Part shown: positions 1-9,428 of the stretch, in pieces
Layout: every line of letters starts with the position of its first letter
Position numbering within the stretch: position 1 is the first letter of the stretch
Virus record (IMG/VR): IMGVR_UViG_3300028920_000026
Location: 64,001 to 128,000 of that record
Origin: a virus
Length of the DNA stretch: 64,000 bases
Reading direction: 5' to 3' (one strand)
Position numbers and translations under genes: made by a program
The notes under the pieces: generated by a model
The model's database searches: none
Seen by the model: the letters and a program-made list of their open reading frames with translations, nothing else
Told to the model about the DNA's origin: nothing

Positions 1-314
1 ATGACGCGCTTCGGCGCGCCGCTATCAGGCTTGGAACATTCGTTGAAAATTCCGGCAAACACTGAGGTCGCGAACATGTTGGGTGTCATCGCTGGCGTCC
101 TGAGCTTTCTCGTTGCAGCTGATACATCATCTACAGACATGTGATAGAGGTCTGCGAACGGGTTCAATCCCTGCGTGAAGAACTAAACAAGTTGACGCCT
201 TCGCAGTTTCCTAAGCTACATGGGCAGACATCAGACCATGGCCCGAAGCTGCACATACCGACCCATGCTGACCTTCCAAGAATTCCGAATGTACACCGTA
301 GGTAAGTTAACAGC

Positions 315-1379
315 TTAGACGCGGAATAATCCTACGTCTGCTACGACCAGGTCACCTGTTCCTGGTCGCATTAGTACGTTCTCGTGGTGAACGTCGTTCC
401 AGCTCATGACGCCTCGCCTGTCGAGCCACTTGAGCGCCAGATATAGGCTGCGAAGCTTTGGGTTCTCGAGTCGTTCCTTCGTATCGGACAAGTCCATGTC
501 TGTGCTTTCAGGGAACGCCTGTCCCTTTTCGTCGAGGCCTGCAACGTCCGCAAGCCTGCGAGCAACGTTCTTCACGATGAATGTCCAGTTGTTGGCGCCC
601 TTCAGGTTCTTGAGCTCATCAAACTCCTCGTCAGAGATCCTATTGTCCTGCATCGCGTTGTTCAATGCGCTCAGAATCGGGTCTCCGATCGTCATCCTGA
701 ACCCGTAGTGTTGACGTGTTGGATCGTACGTCAGTGCCTCCTTGAGGAATTCGTGTGTCTTCAAGCGTGCCCAGTCCCGCTTTGAAACAACGATTCCGTG
801 GAACTTGTTGATCAGTGACCTCCTTGATCCGTTCCCGTAGCGCATGAGCTCACGCCAAAGCGCCTGGTCAACGTGCGGGATGATCTTTGATGCGATCTCG
901 TTCGCCCAGACACCGAGTTCCTGGTCGTTGCCTTGACGCCAGCCTTCGATGTTCGTCCCGCTTGGCATCGGAACAAGGAACTCCATGAGGATGGCGTAGA
1001 ACTCGATGCCTTTGTCGTCCTCGAGTGTCGCAAACGAGTCGATACGCGGCAGGTGCTTCGCTATGATCGGAGGTAGCTCGTTCCTGACCTCGTGTACTTT
1101 TTTGTACGTGTCAGCCTCGTCGGGATCGTCTGACAGCTTCAGCGCAAGGCGTTTACCGTCCTGTGTGACCTCCCACACGGTTCCGTACCCGCCGGCTCCT
1201 ACGAAGCCCGACTGGTCGCTGCCGCTCGGAACGATGTCAAGTCCGAGTTCGTCGATCGCGATCTGTAGGCGCTTCTTGTCCTCGAGCATCTCAGTCTTCT
1301 CAGAACTTCTGAACTCGTCGGGGGTGACTAGGCCTGCCTCTCGCAACAGATGCCTTAACTCTCCAAGGGCAATCCTCAT
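315..1379 (-). CDS. atypical protein kinase-like protein
   Basis: 354-aa ORF. Gly-rich loop GAGGYGTVW followed by ALK lysine. C-terminal WNDVHHENVLM...ADVGLF resembles the kinase catalytic loop (HRDxxxxN) and DFG, but the ORF ends right after the DFG-equivalent and has a ~250-aa insert between the G-loop and the catalytic loop. Confidence 0.45.
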   Translation of the reverse strand: MRIALGELRHLLREAGLVTPDEFRSSEKTEMLEDKKRLQIAIDELGLDIVPSGSDQSGFVGAGGYGTVWEVTQDGKRLALKLSDDPDEADTYKKVHEVRNELPPIIAKHLPRIDSFATLEDDKGIEFYAILMEFLVPMPSGTNIEGWRQGNDQELGVWANEIASKIIPHVDQALWRELMRYGNGSRRSLINKFHGIVVSKRDWARLKTHEFLKEALTYDPTRQHYGFRMTIGDPILSALNNAMQDNRISDEEFDELKNLKGANNWTFIVKNVARRLADVAGLDEKGQAFPESTDMDLSDTKERLENPKLRSLYLALKWLDRRGVMSWNDVHHENVLMRPGTGDLVVADVGLFRV

Positions 1380-1405
1380 GGCGTCATTTTAAGTACCCAC
1401 GCTCC

Positions 1406-2599
1406 GTGCATCGATGGTCACAATACTTAAATTGTGACGATCGGAGTGCCATGTCAAAAAAGAGGATCTTGCTGCTTCCCACAGGAAGCAGGACACTTCA
1501 GGTTGAACTCATCTACCGTCACACGGCGATGGAAAACAATGTGTTCGTACCCAGGCAGGGGACAATCCTTCCCAACGTAAAGAAGAAACTCGACTGGTCT
1601 GGCATATCTGTGTGGCCTACGCTCCTTTCCTCATCACCAGAAACGGACGAACTGAATATTGATGGTCCCGCAAGGGACTATCGCGTCAAGCACGGAGAGG
1701 ATAGCTTCGTGTCTCGCCAAAGAGCGCAGTTCGGGACACACAGGCCCGAGATGAAGGTGACAATTGTTGATGCTACAGAAATCATCAACATGGAGTTTGA
1801 CCTTTGCCACGTGTTTCGTGGGACGGGTAAGGGGACGAGCATCGACATGGCCAGGCGTCACATCTTCGATAAAGGAAACGTCCGGCGCTGGATCACGAGT
1901 GAGATGCGACCTTACAAGTATGCTGACCTCGGAAGCGACATCCATGATGACTGTCTGATTACGCAACCGTCTCCTGACGATATCGGAGCAAAGTTCAAGC
2001 GTCGGTGGAACCTATTTCCTTCTCGCGCGCAGCTGGTGGCATTGAACCTTCCGGACGATGTTCTGAGAGCATCCCAGAGGACAGGACTTGCTGGTTTCAA
2101 CCACAATTACCAGCGCAGGTATCCCAAAGAGTCAAAGATGTTTCACAACGCTGCTTCAATGTTGAAGCAGCAAAAGCTCGGCAAACTCGTCAATTATGGG
2201 GCGAACAAGCCCGGCGTCGGTTCTGACATCAGGACATCAAGGCCAAATGAAGGTAAACCAACTATCTCGTGCCGAGAGGCACTCGACATGAAGCGATCGC
2301 TGCGGTGTGTCGTTCACCTGAAGGGTGGCGATGTTGGGGGCGGCGTTGTGTGGTACACGATGCTTGTCGGAACACCGATGATTGTCCTGAGACACTACTA
2401 TAAGTTTACGGGCATGTACCGCTACTTTGAGGACGGGAAACACTGCATCGTCATAGATGACGCAGCAGGAGTCGTCAAGGCGGCTAGGGAGCTCAACAAC
2501 GACGCGGTGCTTGATACTTTCATCGGAAATATCATTGATCTTCGCGATCGGCTATGTGGAGCCGGAGACCTAGAGAGGTTCGTCGATGGATGTGTATGA
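1406..2599 (+). CDS. hypothetical protein
   Basis: 397-aa ORF, divergent from the kinase-like gene. No motif recognised. True start may be an internal ATG (~1452). Confidence 0.45.
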   Translation: MHRWSQYLNCDDRSAMSKKRILLLPTGSRTLQVELIYRHTAMENNVFVPRQGTILPNVKKKLDWSGISVWPTLLSSSPETDELNIDGPARDYRVKHGEDSFVSRQRAQFGTHRPEMKVTIVDATEIINMEFDLCHVFRGTGKGTSIDMARRHIFDKGNVRRWITSEMRPYKYADLGSDIHDDCLITQPSPDDIGAKFKRRWNLFPSRAQLVALNLPDDVLRASQRTGLAGFNHNYQRRYPKESKMFHNAASMLKQQKLGKLVNYGANKPGVGSDIRTSRPNEGKPTISCREALDMKRSLRCVVHLKGGDVGGGVVWYTMLVGTPMIVLRHYYKFTGMYRYFEDGKHCIVIDDAAGVVKAARELNNDAVLDTFIGNIIDLRDRLCGAGDLERFVDGCV

Positions 2600-3164
2600 A
2601 CAAATGAAGGTGTTTGGCATCGGATTGAGCAAAACGGCAACGAAAAGCCTCAGCGAGGGACTCGGGATGCTTGGACTCAATTCAGTCCACTGCCCATTCG
2701 ATGACAATGCGTATGCTCAGATCCTTAAAGGAAACTTCGACCTTGATGTCTTCAAACGTTTTGATGCCGTTGCCGACATCCCATGCGCACTGTGCTTTGC
2801 GCAGCTTGATGTGCTGTACCCAAACGCAAAGTTTGTCCTTACTCAGCGCGAACGTAAAAGCTGGCTGGATTCGTGTGAAGAACACTTCACAAAGCGAAAC
2901 CCAAACAAGAGGTCTGAGCTCCTCCGCGTCGCCGTCTATGGATGCGGGAAGTTCAATAGAGACCGTTTCGATTGGGTGTACGACAACTACGTTGCTTCGG
3001 TCAGGCGGCACTTCGATGGCAGACAAGACAAGCTACTCGAACTCAATATAATCGCTGGAGAAGGTTGGGCCAAGCTGTGTAGATTCCTCGACAGTCCAGA
3101 GCCAAAGAGAGGATTTCCGAGGATCAAGAACCCGCGTCAGTTTACACAGGCAAGGAAGAAGTAA
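2586..3164 (+). CDS. sulfotransferase-family protein
   Basis: N-terminal KVFGIGLSKTATKSL resembles the PAPS-binding P-loop of Sulfotransfer-type enzymes. First gene of a tightly packed, overlapping sugar-modification operon. Confidence 0.5.
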   Translation: MDVYEQMKVFGIGLSKTATKSLSEGLGMLGLNSVHCPFDDNAYAQILKGNFDLDVFKRFDAVADIPCALCFAQLDVLYPNAKFVLTQRERKSWLDSCEEHFTKRNPNKRSELLRVAVYGCGKFNRDRFDWVYDNYVASVRRHFDGRQDKLLELNIIAGEGWAKLCRFLDSPEPKRGFPRIKNPRQFTQARKK

Positions 3165-4462
3165 TGTTTGAGGCAGATGACATCATCAATGCGATCAACG
3201 ACTGTCGCGTCAAGGTCGGTGTTGTGGGACTTGGATACGTTGGTCTTCCGCTTGCACTCGCGTTTGTAAAGTCGGGTATCCGTGTGTTTGGGTTCGATAC
3301 AAACAGCGAGAGGGCCTGGAAGATCGGCGCGGGTGAGTCACCGATGAGTCACATTAGCCATGACAGCGTCATGAATGCGCTGTCGAGCGGGCTTCTGAGG
3401 ATTTCGAACAAGGCAAATACGCTTGAAGAATGTGATGTCATCCTTGTTTGTGTGCCGACACCGCTTGGCAAGAAGGGCGATCCAAACCTCGAAAGCGTGA
3501 CTGATGTGGCAAGGACGATCGCCAGGTTGCCAATGAAACCACGTTTGATTGTCCTTGAATCGACGGTCTATCCAGGCGCAACAGAAGGCTCGTTCAAGGA
3601 CGCTCTTGAGGAGGGCGGCGCGCGATGCGGAGAAGACTTTCTACTTGCGTTCTCTCCTGAACGTGAGGATCCGGGAAATCCTGACTTCGGCACAACATCG
3701 ATCCCAAAGATCGTTGGTGGATTCGATGATGTGGCAACGAAGGTTGCAACAGCGTTCTATGATGTTGCGTTCAATATAGTTGTTCCAGTCGAATCGCCCA
3801 AGGTCGCTGAGGCTGCGAAGCTCCTCGAGAACACGTTTAGGATGGTCAACATCGCGCTAGTAAACGAGGTGAAGGTCGCGTTCTACAGGATGGGAATCGA
3901 TCCACTCAGCGTGATCGATGCAGCATCAACGAAACCCTTTGGGTTCATGCGGTTCGATCCTGGCCCAGGCGTCGGAGGACACTGCATTCCGATCGATCCG
4001 CACTACCTGAACTGGTCTGCTGATAGCTACGGTAGACGCATCAAGATGATCGATGTTGCAGCTCGTGTAAATGGAATGATGCCTGCATACGTCATTGACA
4101 GGATCCGTGTCGGGCTTGCGTCTCGTGGTGAGGCAATCAGAGGTTCTCGTATCCTCATCGTTGGTGTTGCATACAAGCGCGGCGTGGATGATGTTCGCGA
4201 GTCCCCCGCGCTGGCGCTTATCGAGGTGCTTCGCGGGTTCGGTGCAGAGGTTGAATACCACGATCCATTGGTAAAGAACCTCGAACTGGGGGAGCTCGAG
4301 TTTTCTAGCGTCCCGCTGAGCGACGTGTCAAAGTTTTCGGCTGCTGTTGTGGCTACAGATCAGGAGCGTGTTGATTGGAACGTCCTCATAGAGAACGCGA
4401 AGCTCGTCATCGACGCCAGAGGTGTCTACAGAGGCGACCATCAGAACCTGGTGAGAGCATGA
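3164..4462 (+). CDS. UDP-sugar 6-dehydrogenase (UDP-GlcNAc/ManNAc dehydrogenase family, WbpA/WecC-like)
   Basis: N-terminal Rossmann VGVVGLGYVGLPLA. Catalytic GGHCIPIDP cysteine motif. ESTVYPG motif. 432 aa, typical of UDP-glucose/GDP-mannose dehydrogenase family. Confidence 0.85.
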   Translation: MFEADDIINAINDCRVKVGVVGLGYVGLPLALAFVKSGIRVFGFDTNSERAWKIGAGESPMSHISHDSVMNALSSGLLRISNKANTLEECDVILVCVPTPLGKKGDPNLESVTDVARTIARLPMKPRLIVLESTVYPGATEGSFKDALEEGGARCGEDFLLAFSPEREDPGNPDFGTTSIPKIVGGFDDVATKVATAFYDVAFNIVVPVESPKVAEAAKLLENTFRMVNIALVNEVKVAFYRMGIDPLSVIDAASTKPFGFMRFDPGPGVGGHCIPIDPHYLNWSADSYGRRIKMIDVAARVNGMMPAYVIDRIRVGLASRGEAIRGSRILIVGVAYKRGVDDVRESPALALIEVLRGFGAEVEYHDPLVKNLELGELEFSSVPLSDVSKFSAAVVATDQERVDWNVLIENAKLVIDARGVYRGDHQNLVRA

Positions 4463-5550
4463 AAGTTCCGTACAACGACCTATCACGTGTCAATGGTGAG
4501 TTTGTCGAAGAATTTCTTGAAGATGTTGTAGACATCATCGAAGGATCTTCGATCATCGGTGGAAGACACGTCGAAGAATTTGAAACAAGGTTTGGAGAGA
4601 TGGTTGGTAGGCCTGCTGCGGGGGTTTCGAACGGCACAGACGCGTTGGCCGTCATACTTCGTGCCCTAGAACTCGAACCCAAGGATGACAGGTACATCTA
4701 CTATCCAGCGAACACGTTTATTGGGTCGATCCTGAGCGGGATCAATATGGGCTTCAAATTCAAGCCGTTCGATGTGGAATTAACAACGTTAAACGCTCCC
4801 AGATCGTTCAGGCCTCCAGACGACGCACAGGCCGTGGTGCTTGTTCACCTCTATGGGTATGGAGTCAAGGGAGCGGGAACGCTTGCGACGAGGTGTCGAA
4901 GCGCAGGAATTCCACTCATCGAAGACTGCTCACAATCACACTTTCAGAAGGTTTTGGGTAGGGACGTCGGTACGTTCGGAGACGCAGGCTTCTTTTCATG
5001 CTATCCTGGTAAGAACTTGGGTGCTCTTGGGGACGCTGGCGTCATCATTGGTAGCGACAGCCTTGTTGCAAAGGCAAAGGCGCTGCGAAGCTATGGGTGC
5101 GTCAAGAAGCACGGCTACGAGTATGTTGGGTTCAACCATAGACTCGATGCGATTCAAGCTGCGTTCTTGACGCACAAGCTGAAGTACTCGACGCTTGATA
5201 TCAGCATGCGCAGAGACGTCGTAGCCGATCTGCTTCGTGCATGTTCCGGCAACGATGACATCCTCTCACTCGACGTTGGAATAGACGAGAGCGTCTGGCA
5301 CGTGTTTCCGGTGCTCGTTGAAGACAGGAACGCGTTCATTGAACACATGGAAGCGCACGAAGTACAGTGCGTCATTCACTATCCGACGGTCATCCACAAG
5401 GAACATACGTTCTCTCGGTGGGTTGTAGACGTAGAGTGCCCGATCGCTGAATACGCTGCGAAGCATGTCGTTAGCATTCCGTGTCATGGGCGGATGAGGG
5501 ATGAGGAGGTAAAGGTTGTCTGCAAAGCTATCGATTCCTTTAGGAACTAA
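4459..5550 (+). CDS. DegT/DnrJ/EryC1/StrS-family sugar aminotransferase (WbpE-like)
   Basis: ATGA overlap with upstream gene. Motifs NDLSRVN, GTDAL, and NHRLDAIQAA (PLP-dependent sugar aminotransferase signatures). Length ~363 aa. Confidence 0.85.
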   Translation: MKVPYNDLSRVNGEFVEEFLEDVVDIIEGSSIIGGRHVEEFETRFGEMVGRPAAGVSNGTDALAVILRALELEPKDDRYIYYPANTFIGSILSGINMGFKFKPFDVELTTLNAPRSFRPPDDAQAVVLVHLYGYGVKGAGTLATRCRSAGIPLIEDCSQSHFQKVLGRDVGTFGDAGFFSCYPGKNLGALGDAGVIIGSDSLVAKAKALRSYGCVKKHGYEYVGFNHRLDAIQAAFLTHKLKYSTLDISMRRDVVADLLRACSGNDDILSLDVGIDESVWHVFPVLVEDRNAFIEHMEAHEVQCVIHYPTVIHKEHTFSRWVVDVECPIAEYAAKHVVSIPCHGRMRDEEVKVVCKAIDSFRN

Positions 5551-6343
5551 GGTCGGAATCGTCGGCCTCGGCTATTGGGGGTCTATTGTTCGTCGTGTCG
5601 TTGGCAAGGAAAACGTCCACATGACGTACGACGTGAAGTACGACCCTACGGAACGCTATGAGAAGCTGCTTGTTGATTGTACACATGTCATCGTCGCATC
5701 TCCGGCGACGACACACGTAAGCATCGTAAATGATGCGATCAAACATGGGTGCCATGTGTTCTGTGAGAAGCCCTTGGGTGTTCATTCTTACATCGCGGAA
5801 CAGGCGTTCGATCTTGCGTTAAAGCGAGGAACAAAGCTTCACGTTGATTGGGTGTTTCGATACAACGAACAGGTGAAGAAGATCGTTGAACTCGACTGGT
5901 CGCTGCGTCGAGCAGACATGCTGCGCTTGAACAACGGTCCAGCGCGCCAAGACGTTGATGCAAAGCACGACCTCATGTGCCACGATCTCTCGATCATCCA
6001 CGCGCTCATGGAGCCAGAACGCTTTGTCGGGATGCAGATCGAAAAAACACAGAACGTTGAACACACTGCATCGTGTAGGATGTACGACGGGATATCGGAC
6101 GTTCGCATGCATGCAAGCTGGAACTTTCCTGCGAAGGTAAGGACGTGCGTCTTTACGTTTGATGAGGGGATAGTCGTGTGGGATGATTCGACGGGAATAC
6201 TACGAGTCAACGGTGATGATGTACGGTGCGATGGAAATCCTCCACTTACAAACAGCCTAGAATCGTTCTTCAACCATGATACTACGAGGGCATCGTATGA
6301 CGTGACGGCATCAGTCCTCAGAACGCTAGAGCGCGTCAAATGA
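5516..6343 (+). CDS. Gfo/Idh/MocA-family NAD(P)-dependent sugar oxidoreductase (WbpB-like)
   Basis: N-terminal VGIVGLGYWG Rossmann. EKPL motif. 275 aa. Positioned between dehydrogenase, aminotransferase and transferase genes. Confidence 0.7.
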   Translation: MSAKLSIPLGTKVGIVGLGYWGSIVRRVVGKENVHMTYDVKYDPTERYEKLLVDCTHVIVASPATTHVSIVNDAIKHGCHVFCEKPLGVHSYIAEQAFDLALKRGTKLHVDWVFRYNEQVKKIVELDWSLRRADMLRLNNGPARQDVDAKHDLMCHDLSIIHALMEPERFVGMQIEKTQNVEHTASCRMYDGISDVRMHASWNFPAKVRTCVFTFDEGIVVWDDSTGILRVNGDDVRCDGNPPLTNSLESFFNHDTTRASYDVTASVLRTLERVK

Positions 6344-7218
6344 TAGACGGGTACAAGGTCTTCGTCTGCTCGTTCGTCAGCAACTCAGTGACGACCGGAT
6401 ACGGGCCGATGATCGCTCCCGCGGTGAACTCGTGGTGTGATGTTTCGTACGTCGATAGGGTCGTTCTAGTCGACGGGATGTCAGATGACGACACGCGCTT
6501 GCTCGTGCCCGCTGATAGAAAGGTATCGATCGTCGACGGTCCAAGGTGGCCTGTAGATTCATGGTCGTGGAGGAACGTTATTGATGCAGAAAATACATTC
6601 GTCCAGGCTGTGCTCGACGATCCCCACCCGCGCAAGGTGTTTGCATACATGTCTATTGACAACGTCCTCTACCGTGATCACGCTGACCTCGCTGCGATGA
6701 GTAGGAGGATGATCAAAGATGATTTTGACTTTGTGATGATGCGTTTCGACAAGGCGTTCACACCTGCATACATCACGACTGATTATCCAGTCATGCCATC
6801 GAAGAACTGGTACATCTGCACGGCGACGCGTGTTGACGAGCGTTTCAAACCCACCAAGATCATCAATGAATGTGCCATTGATTACGAAAAGGCGGGTAAG
6901 ATCAGGGGAACGACGCACAGATTCAAGAGCGCACCGGTGTCATACGACATGTTCTTCTTCACGCGAGAACACGTTGAAGCAAAGGCGCAGCGCCACGTAG
7001 GGTTCCAGAACATGAAGCGCAAACCAACAATCAGCGAGCTCGTCGACAAACAGATGTCGAAGCTCAGGAAGCGCGGGATCAAGCTTCGCAAGGTATTGAT
7101 CGAACAACATCCAGAACGTATGCACGATGTTCTACAAAATACCCTAAGTGCTGAACACTACGGTTACAGTATGTTTGGATTGGTTGAGGGGGCAACTAAT
7201 GGCCTGAAGATCGTATGA
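6340..7218 (+). CDS. putative glycosyltransferase (GT2-like nucleotide-diphospho-sugar transferase fold)
   Basis: VVLVDGMSDDDT segment resembles the GT2 DxD/DDGSTD region. Weak call. Overlapping start and stop with neighbours. Confidence 0.35.
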   Translation: MIDGYKVFVCSFVSNSVTTGYGPMIAPAVNSWCDVSYVDRVVLVDGMSDDDTRLLVPADRKVSIVDGPRWPVDSWSWRNVIDAENTFVQAVLDDPHPRKVFAYMSIDNVLYRDHADLAAMSRRMIKDDFDFVMMRFDKAFTPAYITTDYPVMPSKNWYICTATRVDERFKPTKIINECAIDYEKAGKIRGTTHRFKSAPVSYDMFFFTREHVEAKAQRHVGFQNMKRKPTISELVDKQMSKLRKRGIKLRKVLIEQHPERMHDVLQNTLSAEHYGYSMFGLVEGATNGLKIV

Positions 7219-7835
7219 AGAAAGATGTAGTCGTTCTTGGAAAAGGAAACCTTGCTGTCCATGTAGCAAAGTACTTCCACGAAAAGTCTGATGATTATCG
7301 CCTTGTCTGTGTTGTACCGAACGATGATGAACCTGCGTGGGCTGGTGCCAAGCTTGCGGACTACGCCTACTTCAGGGATATCCCATGTGTCACCGTAAAC
7401 GATATCACAAACATTGACATTGCGTTCTCTATCTACCACGACAGGATCCTTAAGAAGGACTTCATCGACAGATGTGGAAGGATCTTCAACTTACACAATG
7501 GACCGCTTCCAAGATACCGCGGCGTCAGACCAGTGAACTGGGCCTTGAAGAACGGCGAAAACGAACACGGCGTGACCATCCATGAGATCAGTCCAGGTAT
7601 CGACGACGGTCCCATCATTGCTCAGGTGAAGTTTTCAATTTACCCTGAGATCGATGAGGTTTGGGATGTCTACCTGCGGTGCCTCGCGTTTGGAAAGCAG
7701 CTATTCGATTCAACGATTGAACGTCTAAACGACATAATTCCTCGTCCTCAGGACCACGGTCAAGCGACGATCTACTACTCAAAGCAGAATCATCTGCTTG
7801 GTGATCGCACCGACTGGCGGCGATGGGTGCAGTAG
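7215..7835 (+). CDS. formyltransferase (Fmt/ArnA N-domain-like sugar N-formyltransferase)
   Basis: NLHNGPLPRYRGVRPVNWAL ... HGVTIHEI..GIDDGPIIAQ matches the formyl_trans_N catalytic core (HxSLLPxxRG ... D.G.I). Confidence 0.7.
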   Translation: MKKDVVVLGKGNLAVHVAKYFHEKSDDYRLVCVVPNDDEPAWAGAKLADYAYFRDIPCVTVNDITNIDIAFSIYHDRILKKDFIDRCGRIFNLHNGPLPRYRGVRPVNWALKNGENEHGVTIHEISPGIDDGPIIAQVKFSIYPEIDEVWDVYLRCLAFGKQLFDSTIERLNDIIPRPQDHGQATIYYSKQNHLLGDRTDWRRWVQ

Positions 7836-7861
7836 CATTGAACTGATGGTACTGTACAATT

Positions 7862-8110
7862 ATGAAACGCGAAACGAGCGTCAAGTACAGGCTAAATTAT
7901 GAAGACATCGTAGCGCTCATCAGGACGAATGTTGCCGCCGAGGAGGGCGTCGGTGTTGAGCGCGTCGAGGTAACGCTTGATGCCAAGTCGCTTGGAATGG
8001 GACCATTCACGAGCACGAAACCCTTTGTTGCCGCTGAGGCAACCATCCTCACCGAAGGCGAAGCCGCTGAAAAAACAAAGCGAGCGTTGTTGCCACTACA
8101 AGGGCGCTAA
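7862..8110 (+). CDS. hypothetical protein
   Basis: 82-aa ORF after the sugar operon. Confidence 0.35.
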   Translation: MKRETSVKYRLNYEDIVALIRTNVAAEEGVGVERVEVTLDAKSLGMGPFTSTKPFVAAEATILTEGEAAEKTKRALLPLQGR

Positions 8111-8276
8111 CGTTAATATTATTGACATTTGCCCCCATCGCAGTGACACACTATAAGGGATTGTGATCAACGACAATACACGGTGTGTCGCGGTGATCAA
8201 ATTATATGTGTTGCTAGGGTGTCACTAGCGACGTAACTAACATGGTGGTTCATCAAGCCATAACTCATAGGGTTTA

Positions 8277-8843
8277 ATGACATACATGTCAAACGAAGAT
8301 TTCGAAAAACTTACGCCGTTCATCAAAGAAGGGTTGGGCCCAATAACAGAAGATGAATCCGTGTTGCACATCCGCGTGCAGGTCATCGACCCTTCAACGA
8401 GGCGCTTCGTTGACGTTGAAAAGGAAGTTGCAATGCGTAACGCGAAGGAGTGGTTTGAATTCTTCGCGTTAGGTCTTAGCTACGTTTTCCAGAACAAGAC
8501 GATCGCGTGGCGCGGGACCATCAAGCTACACGGCAAGAAGATCGTGGCGATCAAGGTCCTACGAGAGATCAGCGGTTTTTCGCCAGTGAGGACGCCGAAT
8601 GTGCAGTCGAACGTTAGCCTCACCCTGAAGGAGGCAAAGGAGAGCATCGAGGGTGCTTTGTTCCATGTCTTTGTTGTCGGTGAGCGAGCAAAGGCCGCCG
8701 TCGAAGTGGTCGTACTCGGTGCAAATCTGAGCATTGACTTCGAACGAGGCGCTCCACCAAAGTCGTCTCCCGAGGTACGGAACTACACAATCCCAGTCAT
8801 CTTTGACGTGGGAATACAATCTCAGGTAAATCTGTTCACATAG
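8277..8843 (+). CDS. hypothetical protein
   Basis: 188-aa ORF preceded by a repeat-rich intergenic region. Confidence 0.5.
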   Translation: MTYMSNEDFEKLTPFIKEGLGPITEDESVLHIRVQVIDPSTRRFVDVEKEVAMRNAKEWFEFFALGLSYVFQNKTIAWRGTIKLHGKKIVAIKVLREISGFSPVRTPNVQSNVSLTLKEAKESIEGALFHVFVVGERAKAAVEVVVLGANLSIDFERGAPPKSSPEVRNYTIPVIFDVGIQSQVNLFT

Positions 8844-8863
8844 GCAAGAGGGAAACAAAGGGA

Positions 8864-8989
8864 ATGAAGAAGCTAGCAACACTGGTAGTGCTAACGCTGT
8901 TGGCGCTGTTCATCGTCCCGGGTTGCAACCTGGGCACTAAGAAGTACGACAATCTCGTAGACCTCGACGAGGAATGCGAAGAGAAGTGA
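8864..8989 (+). CDS. small putative lipoprotein (41 aa)
   Basis: RBS-like GGGAA then ATG. MKKLATLVVLTLLALFIVPGC has a signal peptide with lipobox-like VPGC. Ends at TGA with the same frame continuing open. Confidence 0.25.
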   Translation: MKKLATLVVLTLLALFIVPGCNLGTKKYDNLVDLDEECEEK

Positions 8990-9070
8990 TCGAACATCGA
9001 CACGAACCTGCAGTGCCGCAAGGACATCGAAGGCGACCTCACAGATGATGAATGCAGCGACATCGTCAAC

Positions 9071-9280
9071 AAGGTGTTGAAGCCCTTTGTCAAGAAGGGT
9101 AACTTTTACGAAGGCCTCGACAAGGCAACGGGCGTGATTGCTCACGAGCCCACACCCACAGATGAAACAACGTTCATGGGGCTAGAGGCTGATGACGCCT
9201 CGCCGGACGGTGAAGGCACACCGTCGTGGTTGATTATCATGATCGTTATCATTGTTGTTGTCGTGATTTTGTCTTCGTGA
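9071..9280 (+). CDS. small membrane-anchored protein (C-terminal TM WLIIMIVIIVVVVILSS)
   Basis: ORF in the same frame as the upstream lipoprotein-like ORF, separated only by an in-frame TGA. GTG/TTG start. Confidence 0.25.
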   Translation, partial: KVLKPFVKKGNFYEGLDKATGVIAHEPTPTDETTFMGLEADDASPDGEGTPSWLIIMIVIIVVVVILSS

Positions 9281-9428
9281 TCAACAGCGGCAGCGGTGGA
9301 ACATTCATAGGAGGAGAAGGTTCTGGTGGCAAGTTGGAGCTCCGGTGGAGGTTTTAGCGGAGGCGGCTTTGGAAGGGGTGGCTCGGACGACAGTTGGTAG
9401 TGTTTAGAGACCTCGAAAATAATCCAAA

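Noticed and set aside
1-153. Possible C-terminal fragment of a + strand gene running off the 5' edge of the window
   Set aside because: Only 51 codons are available and there is no motif, so it was not called.
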